From contig NIVC01000385.1 of the NCBI GenBank assembly GCA_002269645.1, forward strand, positions 496,001-560,000: DNA of 64,000 nucleotides. Direction: 5' to 3'. This document shows, in pieces, positions 32,515 to 44,224 of this stretch. A program made the position numbers and the translations under genes. The first letter of the stretch is position 1. The number at the start of each line of letters is the position of its first letter. This stretch comes from Macrostomum lignano (taxonomy: Eukaryota). The notes below the pieces were generated by a model that was not told the DNA's origin, did no database searches, and saw nothing but the letters and a program-made list of their open reading frames with translations.

Positions 32515-34790
32515 TCAGGCCACCGCCTGCGGCCCAGGCTTGTCCGCTTTTGCCTGCACCGGCAGGTACAGCTTGAACTCTGCCGGCAGTTCGTCCTCGG
32601 TGTACAGTCGGTCGCTAAAGTACACACGACGGATCCGGCAGTTGGCGTGGATCTGGGGGGTGTTTGAGGATGAACGGTGCAACGGTACATAAAACCCTAT
32701 GGTGGCTGATAAAAAGATTACTAATGGATGGCTCTCTATAATGTTTTGTATGTGTGAAATCTATCCTACGCTGTGACACACCAATTTGAATGAAGATAAT
32801 GTGCAACCGACAGCTCAGCCGCAGCTATTGCGCGACGCATCTGACGGCTGCATACGGCTGTTCAGTCCAAGGACTGGGGGGTCGCCACACACAGCCTCAA
32901 TTACCCCAGCTAACGCTGGCACCCATTTTACAGCTGGGCGAACTGAAGCAATGCAGAGTTGAGTGTCTTGGTCAAGGACACAAATCATTCCAGTGGGATC
33001 AAGAATCGAACCCTCGACCTTCAATTGTCGTGAGTCCGACGCTCTAACCACTAGGCTACAATCCCTTCAACCCCCTTGAAAAAAAATCATGCAATTGTAA
33101 TGACTTCACAAACAAAACAGATATAACGACTATCTATCTCTATTAAAAAACTGATTTGAGCTACATGTATTTTTACCTGAATTCGCTGTGTCTCAATATA
33201 GTTAGTGCCGTAGGCTCGCCTGGTGAAATCGGACAGGTTGAACTGGATCTGATTCCAGCCTTCGTCAAGCCTCATCGGCATGGTACAGATGAACGGCTTC
33301 ACCCGGGTGGTGCTCTGATAATTGGAGGCTCGGAATCGCCGTCTGACGTTCTTGTCGTCAAGGATCTGAAACATATCGATTATATATGCATAGATTTGTT
33401 ATAACTGGTATACAGGCACTCTGGTATACAGTCTGGATTTTGGATTTTTTGTCACGTCACTGAGGGGTGCTTATTTCATCTGAGGCGACACCATTTCATT
33501 TGGGGGGAGGGCGCCATTTCATTGAGGAAGGGCGCCATTTCATTTGAGAGGCGCCATTTCATTTGGGGGGAGAGCGCCATTTTATTTGAGAGGCGCAATT
33601 TAATTTGAGAGGTGCCATTTCATTTGGGGGGAGGGCGCCATTTCATTGAGGAAGGGCGCCATTTCATTTGAGAGGTGCCATTTTATTTGAGAGGCGCCAT
33701 TTCATTTAAGAGGCGCCATTTCATTTGGGGGGAGGGCGCTATTTCATTTGGGGGGAGGGCGCCATTTCATTTGAGAGGCGCCATTTCATTTGGGGGAGGG
33801 CGCCATTTCATTTGAGAGGCACCATTTCATTTGAGAGGCGCCATTTCATTTGAGAGGTGCCATTTCATTTGAGAGGCACCATTTCATTTGAGAGGCGCAA
33901 TTTTATTTGAGAGGTGCCATTTTATTTAGGTGGCGCCATTTCATTTGAAGGGCAACAAAATTACCACAAATGAACACAATCTATTGCCAGTAAGCTTTTA
34001 GAAGCCAAGCCCCTTTGCCCTTAGCTAAGCCCCTGTAGGGCATACATTGCACAAAGCTAGGCTTTCTAGCTCGTATTTCTAACAGCAATAAAGCACATTT
34101 CACTGTCTTACCTGTACTTCAAATGTAAAGTACTTCTTCAAATTCTTGATGATCATCACAAGGAATGGAAGCTTAATTCCAAGTGTACAGCCAGATTCTT
34201 TGGGACATGTGATATATGTTGTGCTGACATTAGTGCCCATAATTTCCAATACAAGTGATTGAATGTCATTGTCTGTAATCCTCTTGATGTGTCCATTTTT
34301 TACCTGAAGTTGGAAAGTAGGAATATTTTACCTTAATCATAGGTAAATAAAACCCAGTATTTTACATATCAATTTACTTGATATTTCTTTTCATTAAATT
34401 TTGTAGTTAAAACTCAAAATAATTATAAGTTTCCATCCAAAATTCTGTTTGAGCAGCAAGTCTGATTATTTCTGCATGACTTAGAGTCAAAGCAGGGATT
34501 ATATATTTGCACATATTTATTACACCTCTATAAAAATAGTAATACATTATTTGCATAGAAAAAACATGGAATAGTAATAGAGTCATAGTCATAGTCATAG
34601 ACAGGCAGTGTACTGCCTGTACTATTTTGGCAGTGTACTATTTGGTACAGAATATAACTGTTTACGTTGCTCAATCGCAAACAGGATGTAAAGATGTTTA
34701 ACTTACATTTCTATTCCAGATCGTCAACGGCTTACTGCCAATGCTGTACAGTACTGAAAGAAAGCCACTTTGAAATGTATCCTTAAACAT
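32515..34790 (-). CDS. CFAP20: Cilia- and flagella-associated protein 20 (BUG22/FAP20), complete, 4 exons, 200 aa
   Basis: Exons 34790-34707 ([28 protein letters not shown]), 34303-34112 ([16 protein letters not shown]...KYFTFEVQ), 33365-33177 ([43 protein letters not shown]...), 32652-32515 ([33 protein letters not shown]...stop). All introns phase 0 with GT-AG; sequence nearly matches the recalled CFAP20 protein. Confidence 0.98.
32799..33065 (-). mobile_element. tRNA-derived SINE, copy 2 (CFAP20 intron 3)
   Basis: A-box TAGCCTAGTGG (33058-33048), B-box GGTTCGATTC (33012-33003), same central domain. Confidence 0.85.
33480..33948 (+). repeat. 19-21-bp minisatellite (GAGAGGCGCCATTTCATTT) in CFAP20 intron 2
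   Basis: Tandem GGCGCCATTTCATTTG units. Confidence 0.88.
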
Positions 34791-34915
34791 ACCAATGCCT
34801 TTTCTGTACAGAAAGGTTAAATTTCCAAGCAAAGAGCTATTTGTTACAAACAAACAAAAGTTGTCGCTTTGTTACGGAAAGATGTCGAATAACCAGAATT
34901 TAAAACAGTGCGCTT

Positions 34916-34930
34916 GTTGCTTATGGATAC
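34916..34930. promoter_or_regulatory. RFX X-box (15 bp) upstream of CFAP20
   Basis: GTTGCTTATGGATAC (reverse strand GTATCC-ATA-AGCAAC), 126 bp upstream of the ATG. Confidence 0.7.
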
Positions 34931-34959
34931 CGTCTTTGTACATTAGCTGGGAATTTCCC

Positions 34960-34973
34960 GTTGCCATCGTAAT
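34960..34973. promoter_or_regulatory. Second, imperfect X-box upstream of CFAP20
   Basis: GTTGCCATCGTAAT; perfect ATGGCAAC half-site on the minus strand. Confidence 0.55.
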
Positions 34974-37199
34974 AGATGCTATTATAATATTTAGTATATT
35001 AAACTGCATAAAAATGTTTTTTAAAGAACAAATCTTTTTATCAAAGTATATAGCTAGTAAATTTTCAACAGACAGCTTGGCTTGTCGGCAATTTTATTAT
35101 AACAATTGAGAATAGCTTTCTTCATTCCGTAGAAAAATAAAATGTATAAATTCGTTCACCAAGGGGCAAGTGCAGGCCAATAGACAATAGACGACCCTTC
35201 AATTAAGTTAGTATACAGTAGCAGTTATTAACTAGTCTAGTGGTTCTTTCATATCCATGTTATATTTTTTATCGTAACTTATTGTGTAACTTCGATATTT
35301 AAAAAACGTTAAAACGTATAGTTCCTTTTTAATACCAATGTATATTGGCTCAATAAAGCATGCCAAAAAATTTATTTAAAATGAAAAAAACTGTTTTACA
35401 AAAATCATTCAAACCAAGGGGAATTTTTTGAAAAAATCATAGCAACACTAATAATGTTACAATTAAATAAGGTTTTAGGCATTTTAGGGAACGCATTTAA
35501 AGGACTATGAAAACTGCTGCAAGAACGTTATGTAAACGAGAAATAATATTTAGGATCATTTTCACGGAAATTCGATTGATATACAGCTATACATGTAATT
35601 ACAGAAGAATGCATTCAGAATAAAAATGAATAGAATAGAATAACTTTTATGGCTTAGCGACTGGCCGGGTACATGTATACTTATGATTGTATCATATCTA
35701 TAATTACGGGACAATTTAACAATCGGAATTAAAAGTTGCGGGTTTTGATTCGTACTATACAAATTTAATCAACCAGAAGTGTACAGACGTGATATACATG
35801 TGCTAAATCAAGAAGCCTAGCTTCATATCATATCATTAGACACAGCTGCATTCATCTGCATTAATTAATTTAATGATGCATTAATTAATTTAATGATGCA
35901 TTAATTAATTTATTGATGCATTAATTAATAATGCATAATAAGAATAATAAGATGATAGAGATGTCACACTCAGCCGCTCAGCTAGCTTTTAAGCACAGCT
36001 TAGTTGACCTCAGAGAATCTGTCCTTGAGATTGAGCAGGGTTGGTAAATTTATGTATTTAAGGAAATGAGAGAACCAAAAGCTCCACGGAAAGAAAAGTA
36101 GAAAAGGGAAGTGGTCCGGTGTCATAAAGAATTGCAGCGTTGGACAGCTCTCCCCTTCTTCCCCAGCCAATTGGTTGAGTCTCACATACACTTCCTCACG
36201 CCTCGTGCTCTGCTCAGTCGCTTAAGAATTAAGGAGCCCGCGGACGGACGACAAACTGCCTAGTGGGGATGCATGGTTGTTGGGGTGATTACGTAATCCA
36301 CTTTTTTTAGCTGCTAACTCTGCCGCCAGCTCGATTGCCGGGCAAATTTACTGCTTTTATTATCCCCATCTCGCTTTGGTCAGCTCGGATGGCCGCCAAC
36401 GATCCCTAGAGAATCTCCTGAATTGAGATGACGAGGTCGTGAGCAGTGACTGGGGGGGGGGGATATAGAGAGCTGCTGCAGAAAAAAAAACAGTGGATTA
36501 TGGGAAGCGTATACAACAAGCGATGCAAGCGATTCGCTTCGGCTTGTTAGCTAAATTGATAGATTTGCATAAATTTCAGCACTCTCTCGTAATACATATC
36601 TATAACAGTGTTTGCAATTTTGTGCGGGACTTGTGGAGTTTTTCTCTGAAGTTTTCAACGTCTACATTGACTGCAGTGGCGAGTGGACAGGAAGTGCAGC
36701 TATGCAAGCCTCCGCTGAAAAAATATCTATATTGTGTGATGGCAGCTACAGCTATTACGCAACGAGCTGTTATGCCCGCAAGGTCGCGAAACGGTTCAAG
36801 AATTGGTTGCGGCCTCATGCGCGTGCATGGATCAACTTCCTGCTCTGAAGGGCGGGAGACTTAAGAAGCTAAAAAACTAACAATGTGCGATTAGTATAAC
36901 AAGTATTGTTCACTTATAATAAGAGGATGATGTGAAAAGTAAGGGGCTCAAGTTTCACTACAAAAGACCATTCATAATATAACCAACATAGAACATAGAA
37001 GCGATATTATTCTTCAAAAAATTGGCTCACATAGCGCAGATGCTTCCTTAATAATATCGTAAAAATGAACAGAAAACGTAAACTGAAAATGGGTAACCTT
37101 ACCATCTAGCAAAAAGTTTATAGCTAGAAAAAAATTAACAATTAAATGTGCTTGTCAACGTCAAAATGAGTGTTTGGAAAACCAAAACTCAGAAGCTGC

Positions 37200-39566
37200 C
37201 TAGTAGCAGACATTCACGTTCCTGACGCCTTCGCCGCAGTCGAAAGCGTTCAAAACTTCGGGCAGGCTGCTGAACGCGTCGTTGGCAAGCTTGACCACAT
37301 CAGAGGTAGCCGGAGCAGCGGCTCTAGCAGCAGTCACCGACTTGCGACAAGTCAGCTGACTCACCCCGATGACAGTCGATCGCGTGACCGCCGGAGCAGT
37401 GCTCTGATCAACAGCTCGAATAGCAACACGAAGGCTAAGCAAGCTGGCCAGCTTCTTCTGCTCTGCATCGTTGGTGGATGTAGAGCTGACCGGACATCCA
37501 GCGGTGAGGTTAACCAGAAGGTCCGCTGGCAGTCTCTGCTTCTCCACCGCCGAAATTCCGCGAAGCGTTTCGTAGGCAATCAGGAAGTTCATAGCCGGAT
37601 CGGCGGGCAGGGCGGCCCAATAAAACTCAATAGGATACGGAAATCTGTTCCAATCCGGCTCAGTGTCCTTGATGAAGCTGGGAGGCTGATAGCCGAACCG
37701 ATTTGACGCTTTATCGGTGAGAAACTCGGCCTGTGAAGAAGCCGCCAACCTGTAGACGCTGCGTCTGCGCTCTCGCATTGCGTCCAGCAGGTTGACAAGG
37801 TATGGATTGTCGGCTGGGAGTGCCAGCTTGCCGTAGACAGCTCGCATGCGCTCCGGGCTGCGCGTCCACCGCGGCAGGTCGGCAGCACCCGTCGGTGCCA
37901 CTCCAAGCACAGACCGGATCCGTTCAACAGCCGACCTGTGCTTGCCTTCCAATCCGAGCTGATCAACAAACAATCTGGCAGTCGGATGCGGATACAGGCT
38001 TAGCACGGTTGCTAGGCAGACTTCCGGCTTACCTGAAGGCGATGATAATTGACTCTGAGCCCCAGCCCGAGTGTCAACAGGGGCAGCAGCGTCCAGCGAG
38101 CCAAGCAGATGCGGTCGCAGCGCCGTCAGGGCGTTGATGAAGGCATAGCCAATCAACGTGTCCGGGTCCTGCCGGGCCGCCAGCTCCAGCAGGCGTCGGA
38201 CCGTGCCGCGACCGCGAAGGCAAAGTCTGTCGAATTGTCCCGGGCCCGCCTGCAAGTCTGGAAGCAGCGTCCCGTAGAAATTTTGCCAGCCAGTGGCTCC
38301 GTTCGGAAAGAGGCTGGCTACCTCGTCGAAGCTGATGTAGCTTCTATTGGCGCTGTCAGCTTCCCCATTGTCAATCAGCTTCCAGACTTCTTCGTTAAGG
38401 CTTACAATTTTCTCCACAATGACGAACGGCAGTCCGCGACCGAGGAACTTGAAGGTCGCCTCCACGGAGCGAGTCACCCGGTCGCGACTGCCGCGAGGCA
38501 GCCGAGGCGTTGACGGACGAAGGCACAGCGACAGCGAGCGCTTGTTCGACGATGCTCCAGCATCCCGACTGTCATTCGGCTCGACGTCCAGCATCACGGG
38601 CAGATCCTGCAGTGCAAACTGGGCCAGCACTTTCTCTGGCGAATGCTTGAAGCCCCACAAGATGGACTCGGAGCCGAACACGGACATTGGCGTGAACCGA
38701 CCGGGGTCGGTGAATGCTGCTATCAATTCGTCGGGTTTGAGCCGGTCGAAGGCGAGACAGGATCGAGTCAGGTTGCTCACCGCCAGAGCCCAGGAGGGCA
38801 GCGTCGGCTGTCGATCAATGCCTAGCAATAGCAGCTCCACCAGAGAGTCCTGGATCCGGAGCTGGGCCTGACGAATCGAGCTGGTCTCAGTCTCGACAGC
38901 TCGACCGTTCCAGCGCAAGCTGACAGCCTGCTGGAAGCGACCGCACGAATATTTGTAGAGGTTCACGCACGGACTGGAGCCGGCTGAGACAAAGGACGCC
39001 GATTCAGGCGGCAGCAGAGGCGGCTGCTGCTGAAGCAGTTGACGCTGGCAGGCGGCGGCCACCTTGGAAGTTCGATCGCTGGCGCTGGTCGAGAAGGTTC
39101 TGCCGCCGGCCTGGTGTCCCGCATCGATGTAGAAGTAGAACAGACAGAGCACGGCAAATCCGCTGGCTACCAGGACCAGCAGCACCGTCAGTACCCAGGT
39201 GCTGGCCCTACAGCTGGAAGAGCTGGAGTTGTCAGGCTTACCGGATGCGTCACTTGTCTCCATGCGGATGTTAGTGTCATCGGATGTTTCACTTTCCAGC
39301 TGTTTCTGCGTCTGTTGTTGCTGCTGCTGTTGGTGCTTTTGAATCAGAAGAGATTCGGTCTCAGTCTCCATGGCTGCAGCTTCACCGTTTCTGGGCGAAG
39401 CTGATCCAGGCTTGTAAATGAGGTTGGACATGCCTTTTTTATAGTCGGTTAGTTTCTTCAATCTACTTTCAGTTTTCTTTTCAATAACTGGACTGTCTTG
39501 GCCAGAAGTTTCACTTCGAAGCGAATTTTTATCAACTTCTCCACATTGGAGACCTCGGCATCTCAT
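37200..39566 (-). CDS. Intronless neprilysin/ECE (peptidase M13)-like type II membrane protein, probably catalytically inactive, 788 aa
   Basis: N-terminal cytoplasmic tail, single TM (WVLTVLLVLVASGFAVLCLFYFY), SPCVNLYKYSCGRF (M13 PC.DFY..ACG.W motif), C-terminal SSLPEVLNAFDC...C. The HExxH position reads YETLR. Confidence 0.85.
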   Translation of the reverse strand: MRCRGLQCGEVDKNSLRSETSGQDSPVIEKKTESRLKKLTDYKKGMSNLIYKPGSASPRNGEAAAMETETESLLIQKHQQQQQQQTQKQLESETSDDTNIRMETSDASGKPDNSSSSSCRASTWVLTVLLVLVASGFAVLCLFYFYIDAGHQAGGRTFSTSASDRTSKVAAACQRQLLQQQPPLLPPESASFVSAGSSPCVNLYKYSCGRFQQAVSLRWNGRAVETETSSIRQAQLRIQDSLVELLLLGIDRQPTLPSWALAVSNLTRSCLAFDRLKPDELIAAFTDPGRFTPMSVFGSESILWGFKHSPEKVLAQFALQDLPVMLDVEPNDSRDAGASSNKRSLSLCLRPSTPRLPRGSRDRVTRSVEATFKFLGRGLPFVIVEKIVSLNEEVWKLIDNGEADSANRSYISFDEVASLFPNGATGWQNFYGTLLPDLQAGPGQFDRLCLRGRGTVRRLLELAARQDPDTLIGYAFINALTALRPHLLGSLDAAAPVDTRAGAQSQLSSPSGKPEVCLATVLSLYPHPTARLFVDQLGLEGKHRSAVERIRSVLGVAPTGAADLPRWTRSPERMRAVYGKLALPADNPYLVNLLDAMRERRRSVYRLAASSQAEFLTDKASNRFGYQPPSFIKDTEPDWNRFPYPIEFYWAALPADPAMNFLIAYETLRGISAVEKQRLPADLLVNLTAGCPVSSTSTNDAEQKKLASLLSLRVAIRAVDQSTAPAVTRSTVIGVSQLTCRKSVTAARAAAPATSDVVKLANDAFSSLPEVLNAFDCGEGVRNVNVCY

Positions 39567-39767
39567 TGGACCATGGCTCCACAGCCAATCCGGTTGTAGC
39601 TATCGTTTCACTCGAAAAATATTAGCTAATGACTGACTTTCTCTGCCAGACTGCCACTGCATACCAATGGGGCTTCAGTTGTATCCATGATTACAGGAGG
39701 ATGGTCCCACAATCAGCGCTGAGGATATTCTGCCCATTTTGCTGACTCCCGAGCACGTTTTATGGCC

Positions 39768-40019
39768 AGATGTGCAACCGACAGCTCAGCCGCAGCTATT
39801 GCGCGGCGCATCAAAGGACTGAGGGGGGGGGTCGCCGCACACCCCCTCAATTACATCAGCTAATGCTGGCACCCATTTTACAGCTTGGCGAATTAAAGCA
39901 ATGCAGAGTTAAGCGTCTTGCTCAAGGACTCAAATTTTTTCCAAGTGGGTTGAGAATCGAACCTCCGACCTCTATCAGTCGTGAGCCCCACGCTTTAAAC
40001 ACTACTAGGCTACAACCCC
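39768..40019 (-). mobile_element. tRNA-derived SINE, copy 3 (about 200 bp upstream of the M13-like ATG)
   Basis: A-box-like and B-box motifs; same body as the other copies with an internal deletion. Confidence 0.8.
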
Positions 40020-41713
40020 TCTTTGAAATGATAAATGCCTTAACAATAGCGGCACCCTGAGATCCTGATCTGATGCCAAACCAAAAAAATGATAATCAAT
40101 ATAAAAAATCATTTCAGCACAGATATTTTGCTTTTGGGACAATTGTCTGCCCTAGGAATTCAAGTGGGAATTCAAGTGGGGGCAATCCATAGTGGCACTG
40201 GCCGCGGCGCAATGATCAATCATTTAATTATTAACCGGATTTCAGCTGCAAGAGGCCAGGAGTTGAAATGACAGGCGAAATGACGCAGAAGTCTTTCCTC
40301 ATAGAGTTTTCAGCGATCAATCAGTCTTATTGATGGGTATCTAGATATTGTAGAATCCAAGGATAAATTATGGAGAACTGAATATGAGGACGGGCCGGTC
40401 TGACCTGAGCTGTCTAGGCAAAAACCTTTAAAATAGAAAAAAACCAAAATCAAACAGACTCAGACACCCATCTCATCATTATCTCTTGTCCGAAATATCG
40501 ATCAGGACTGAAAGCAAGAACTGACTTAGTGATGCTTAGTTAGCGCACAATATATACACACACACACTTCGATCAGTGTGTCAATCCAGTCTCCCGTTGC
40601 TAAATAAGCATGGCATGACTTATCCCAGTCATTATTGGAGCAGAGCATCAGTGCTACTGATTTTTTTACTGTTGTTATTTAGTCAGACTCCGGGCTCCCA
40701 ACTCAGCGATGGAGGCTGGGTGTATAGCTACATCAGGCATACTACTTAAACTGACCTTAGATGAACCCCCACTGCTCCCTATACTCGTAGCGTATAATTA
40801 AAACAAGGCTAGAGACTGTGATCAACTGGTTCTCTGGGTTGGAAAATTCGCCTCTAAATTTAATTCTACCTCTATATACACTATATAGCTATTATGGATT
40901 TTTAATTTAGGGAAAACTGGAAGTTGGAAGAGCGCAAAATTTTCTTAGAAATTATACTTGTATTTCTTAGAATGTGCATTTGAGCGAGAAATTTAATTTC
41001 AATTCACCGATTTAAAAATCCTCGAACCAATTTTGGCCAATCCTTGTACCAATTTTGGCCAATCCTTGTACCAATTTCGGCCAATCCTTGTACCAATTTC
41101 GGCTAATACTTTTACCAGATTTAGATTAATCCATGTAAAAATTTTATGCTAGTCCTTTACCAACTGTTCTGAGATTCTTGTACCGGTTTCAGATAATTTT
41201 GTACAAATAAATTATATTCTAATTCTGATTTTCATAGTGTTATTATCAACCAATCCGTGCTTAAATCTAGGTTCCCACCTAAGCGTAAGCTATGACCTGC
41301 AGTCTGTCTCAATCATACTGTTGCTATGCTGGCTGCTATGGTAGGCTTTCTAAGAAACTAAGAGACTTATTGATAATTATATTAAATGTCGCGTGCTATA
41401 AACTCGCAACCACAGCAAGGGCTGCTTCTCTCAAGCAGGTGGAGGTTCAATTTGCCATCCGTGATTTCTTAATTTGCTATTCTGTGTCCACCTTCCAGTA
41501 AAACTTTTCAATTTGCTTCAATGTGCGTGCTATGGGGTGTGCCAAGAGTAATTAGAGAATATTAGCAAAGCAGATGCGAGTCAAGCAATGCCTTTTTAAT
41601 CAAAATGATTCTCGAAATCTTTCTAAATTTAAAACTGTTTCTTAGAAACACACAGAAGAAATCAGATTTCTTGTTTTTTCTTAAAAACTAGATTTTTAAA
41701 GTTTCTCATACAC

Positions 41714-42766
41714 CTCCCAAAGATTATTTGAAATCATCTACATCTCCCAGAGATTCTTGGAAATCATCTACATCTCCCAGAGATTATTGGAAATCATCTA
41801 CATCTCCCAGAGATTCTTGGACATCATCTACATCTCCCAGAGATTATTGGAAATCATCTATATCTCCCAGAGATTATTGGAAATCATCTATATCTCCCAG
41901 AGATTATTGGAAATCATCTATATCTCCCAGAGATTATTGGACATCATCTACATCTCCCAGAGATTATTGGAAATCATCTATATCTCCCAGAGATTATTGG
42001 AAATCATCTACATCTCCCAGAGATTCTTGGAAATCATCTATATCTCCCAGAGATTATTGGACATCATCTACATCTCCCAGAGATTCTTGGACATCATCTA
42101 CATCTCCCAGAGATTCTTGGACATCATCTACATCTCCCAGAGATTATTGGACATCATCTACATCTCCCAGAGATTATTGAACATCATCTACATCTCCCAG
42201 AGATTCTTGGACATCATCTACATCTCCCAGAGATTCTTGGACATCATCTAAATCTCCCAGAGATTCTTGGAAATCATCTATATCTCCCAGAGATTATTGG
42301 ACATCATCTACATCTCCCAGAGATTCTTGGACATCATCTACATCTCCCAGAGATTATTGGACATCATCTACATCTCCCAGAGATTATTGGACATCATCTA
42401 CATCTCCCAGAGATTATTGGACATCATCTACATCTCCCAGAGATTATTGGACATCATCTACATCTCCCAGAGATTATTGGACATCATCTACATCTCCCAG
42501 AGATTATTGGACATCATCTACATCTCCCAGAGATTATTGGACATCATCTACATCTCCCAGAGATTATTGGACATCATCTACATCTCCCAGAGATTCTTGG
42601 ACATCATCTACATCTCCCAGAGATTCTTGGACATCATCTACATCTCCCAGAGATTATTTGAAATCAACTACATCTCCCAGAGATTCTTGGACATCATCTA
42701 CATCTCCCAGAGATTATTTGAAATCATCTACATCTCCCAGAGATTATTTGAAATCATCTACATCTC
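41714..42766 (+). repeat. 30-bp minisatellite (CATCATCTACATCTCCCAGAGATTATTGGA)
   Basis: Period 30. Confidence 0.95.
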
Positions 42767-43295
42767 TCTGCGTTCTTTCCGCTCAGAATTAATTCTTCTA
42801 TATTCAGAATCAACTTCTATTTGCGGTAAATTCGAATGCCTCGAATATTGCACTGCAGATTGCGCAAGGTGTGACGAAAGAACTCAAAAGTTATGAGTGG
42901 CGCGCTCAGATCAAAGTGTGGTCAAATTAATGATGATGTAACCACCCATCGGGTTTTGGTGCGCAGGGTGACACTTCAGGGAAACCCGAAATCCATTGTT
43001 GCTTGGAAAGACTAAAGAGAATCAAGCATTGGGGGTGGGTGAAACTCAGTCTGTCTGAACAGATCCTTAGTCACGACTTGGCCGCAAGCTTAGAGAGGCT
43101 TCGGCCTCTTTCGGTAAAATCCAGCCAACCACTTTTGCTGCTAACAACTGAGCACATATTTGTCTTGGCTTTAAGCTGAGGTATGGCTGCTAATGCTTGG
43201 ACGCTGACGAAATCATTTTAACTGGGCCGGTATTTGCCTAGGAATTCTGTTCCTTCAAAACCTGTTTTGGGTCTGTGAGCAGTCTCTCCCCTGTA

Positions 43296-43592
<297 letters not shown>

Positions 43593-44224
43593 CGCACATC
43601 CGCTATGTGTAACATTCAAATATTTGAAAAACAAATTCATCCTTCAATCTGTCACTTTGCCAGACCCCCAGAGGCCGCAAAAGGCAACTAGAAATAGATG
43701 AGGCCAGCAGCTGAGCCGTGACGTCACTGGAAAGCAGAAATTGTTCTTCTCTAAAATCTGCCGTGGCGTCTGTCGTGTATTTTTCAATATTTTTGCTGTT
43801 CCAGTTATCGCATGAAAAAAGAATGGAGGAAACAAGGCCCTTTAAGCTGATAATATTCTTAACTGTATGACTTGATTGATGAAGCGGATTGTGGGGTGCA
43901 GCAGCTGTGCCCCCCCGCAGCTCTTCGTCAGACAGTCGTGCTGGATTTATTCCACAAGTTTCAACAGCTTTTTAACCACTTTTTGTTCTTAAAAAAAGCT
44001 AGGGAAAAGTTGTATTTATAATTAATGAGTATCACACAGGGAACCGCGGTGGGCGACTGAGTGCTTGGCCATAATTGACACCTAACTTTTGCAATCTGTG
44101 CAGGATGTGTGTTGTCTGTCAGACAGAAATATTTAATTTATTAGAGCAGGCGTGAAGAACTATGTGTATAGATTTTTATATTGTGACTTTCCAGTGTCAT
44201 TATCATTGTTCACAATTAAACTAA

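Noticed and set aside
32990-33065. tRNA gene
   Set aside because: A/B boxes are present but there is no complete acceptor stem, and the head is fused to a repeat body found three times; it is a SINE head.
36493-36864. Short ORFs on both strands between the M13-like gene and CFAP20; possible structured ncRNA
   Set aside because: No recognisable protein family, snoRNA boxes or convincing exon chain; cannot be supported without RNA data.
37170-39404. Plus-strand and alternative-frame ORFs overlapping the M13-like gene
   Set aside because: Antisense shadows of a GC-rich CDS with no recognisable motifs.
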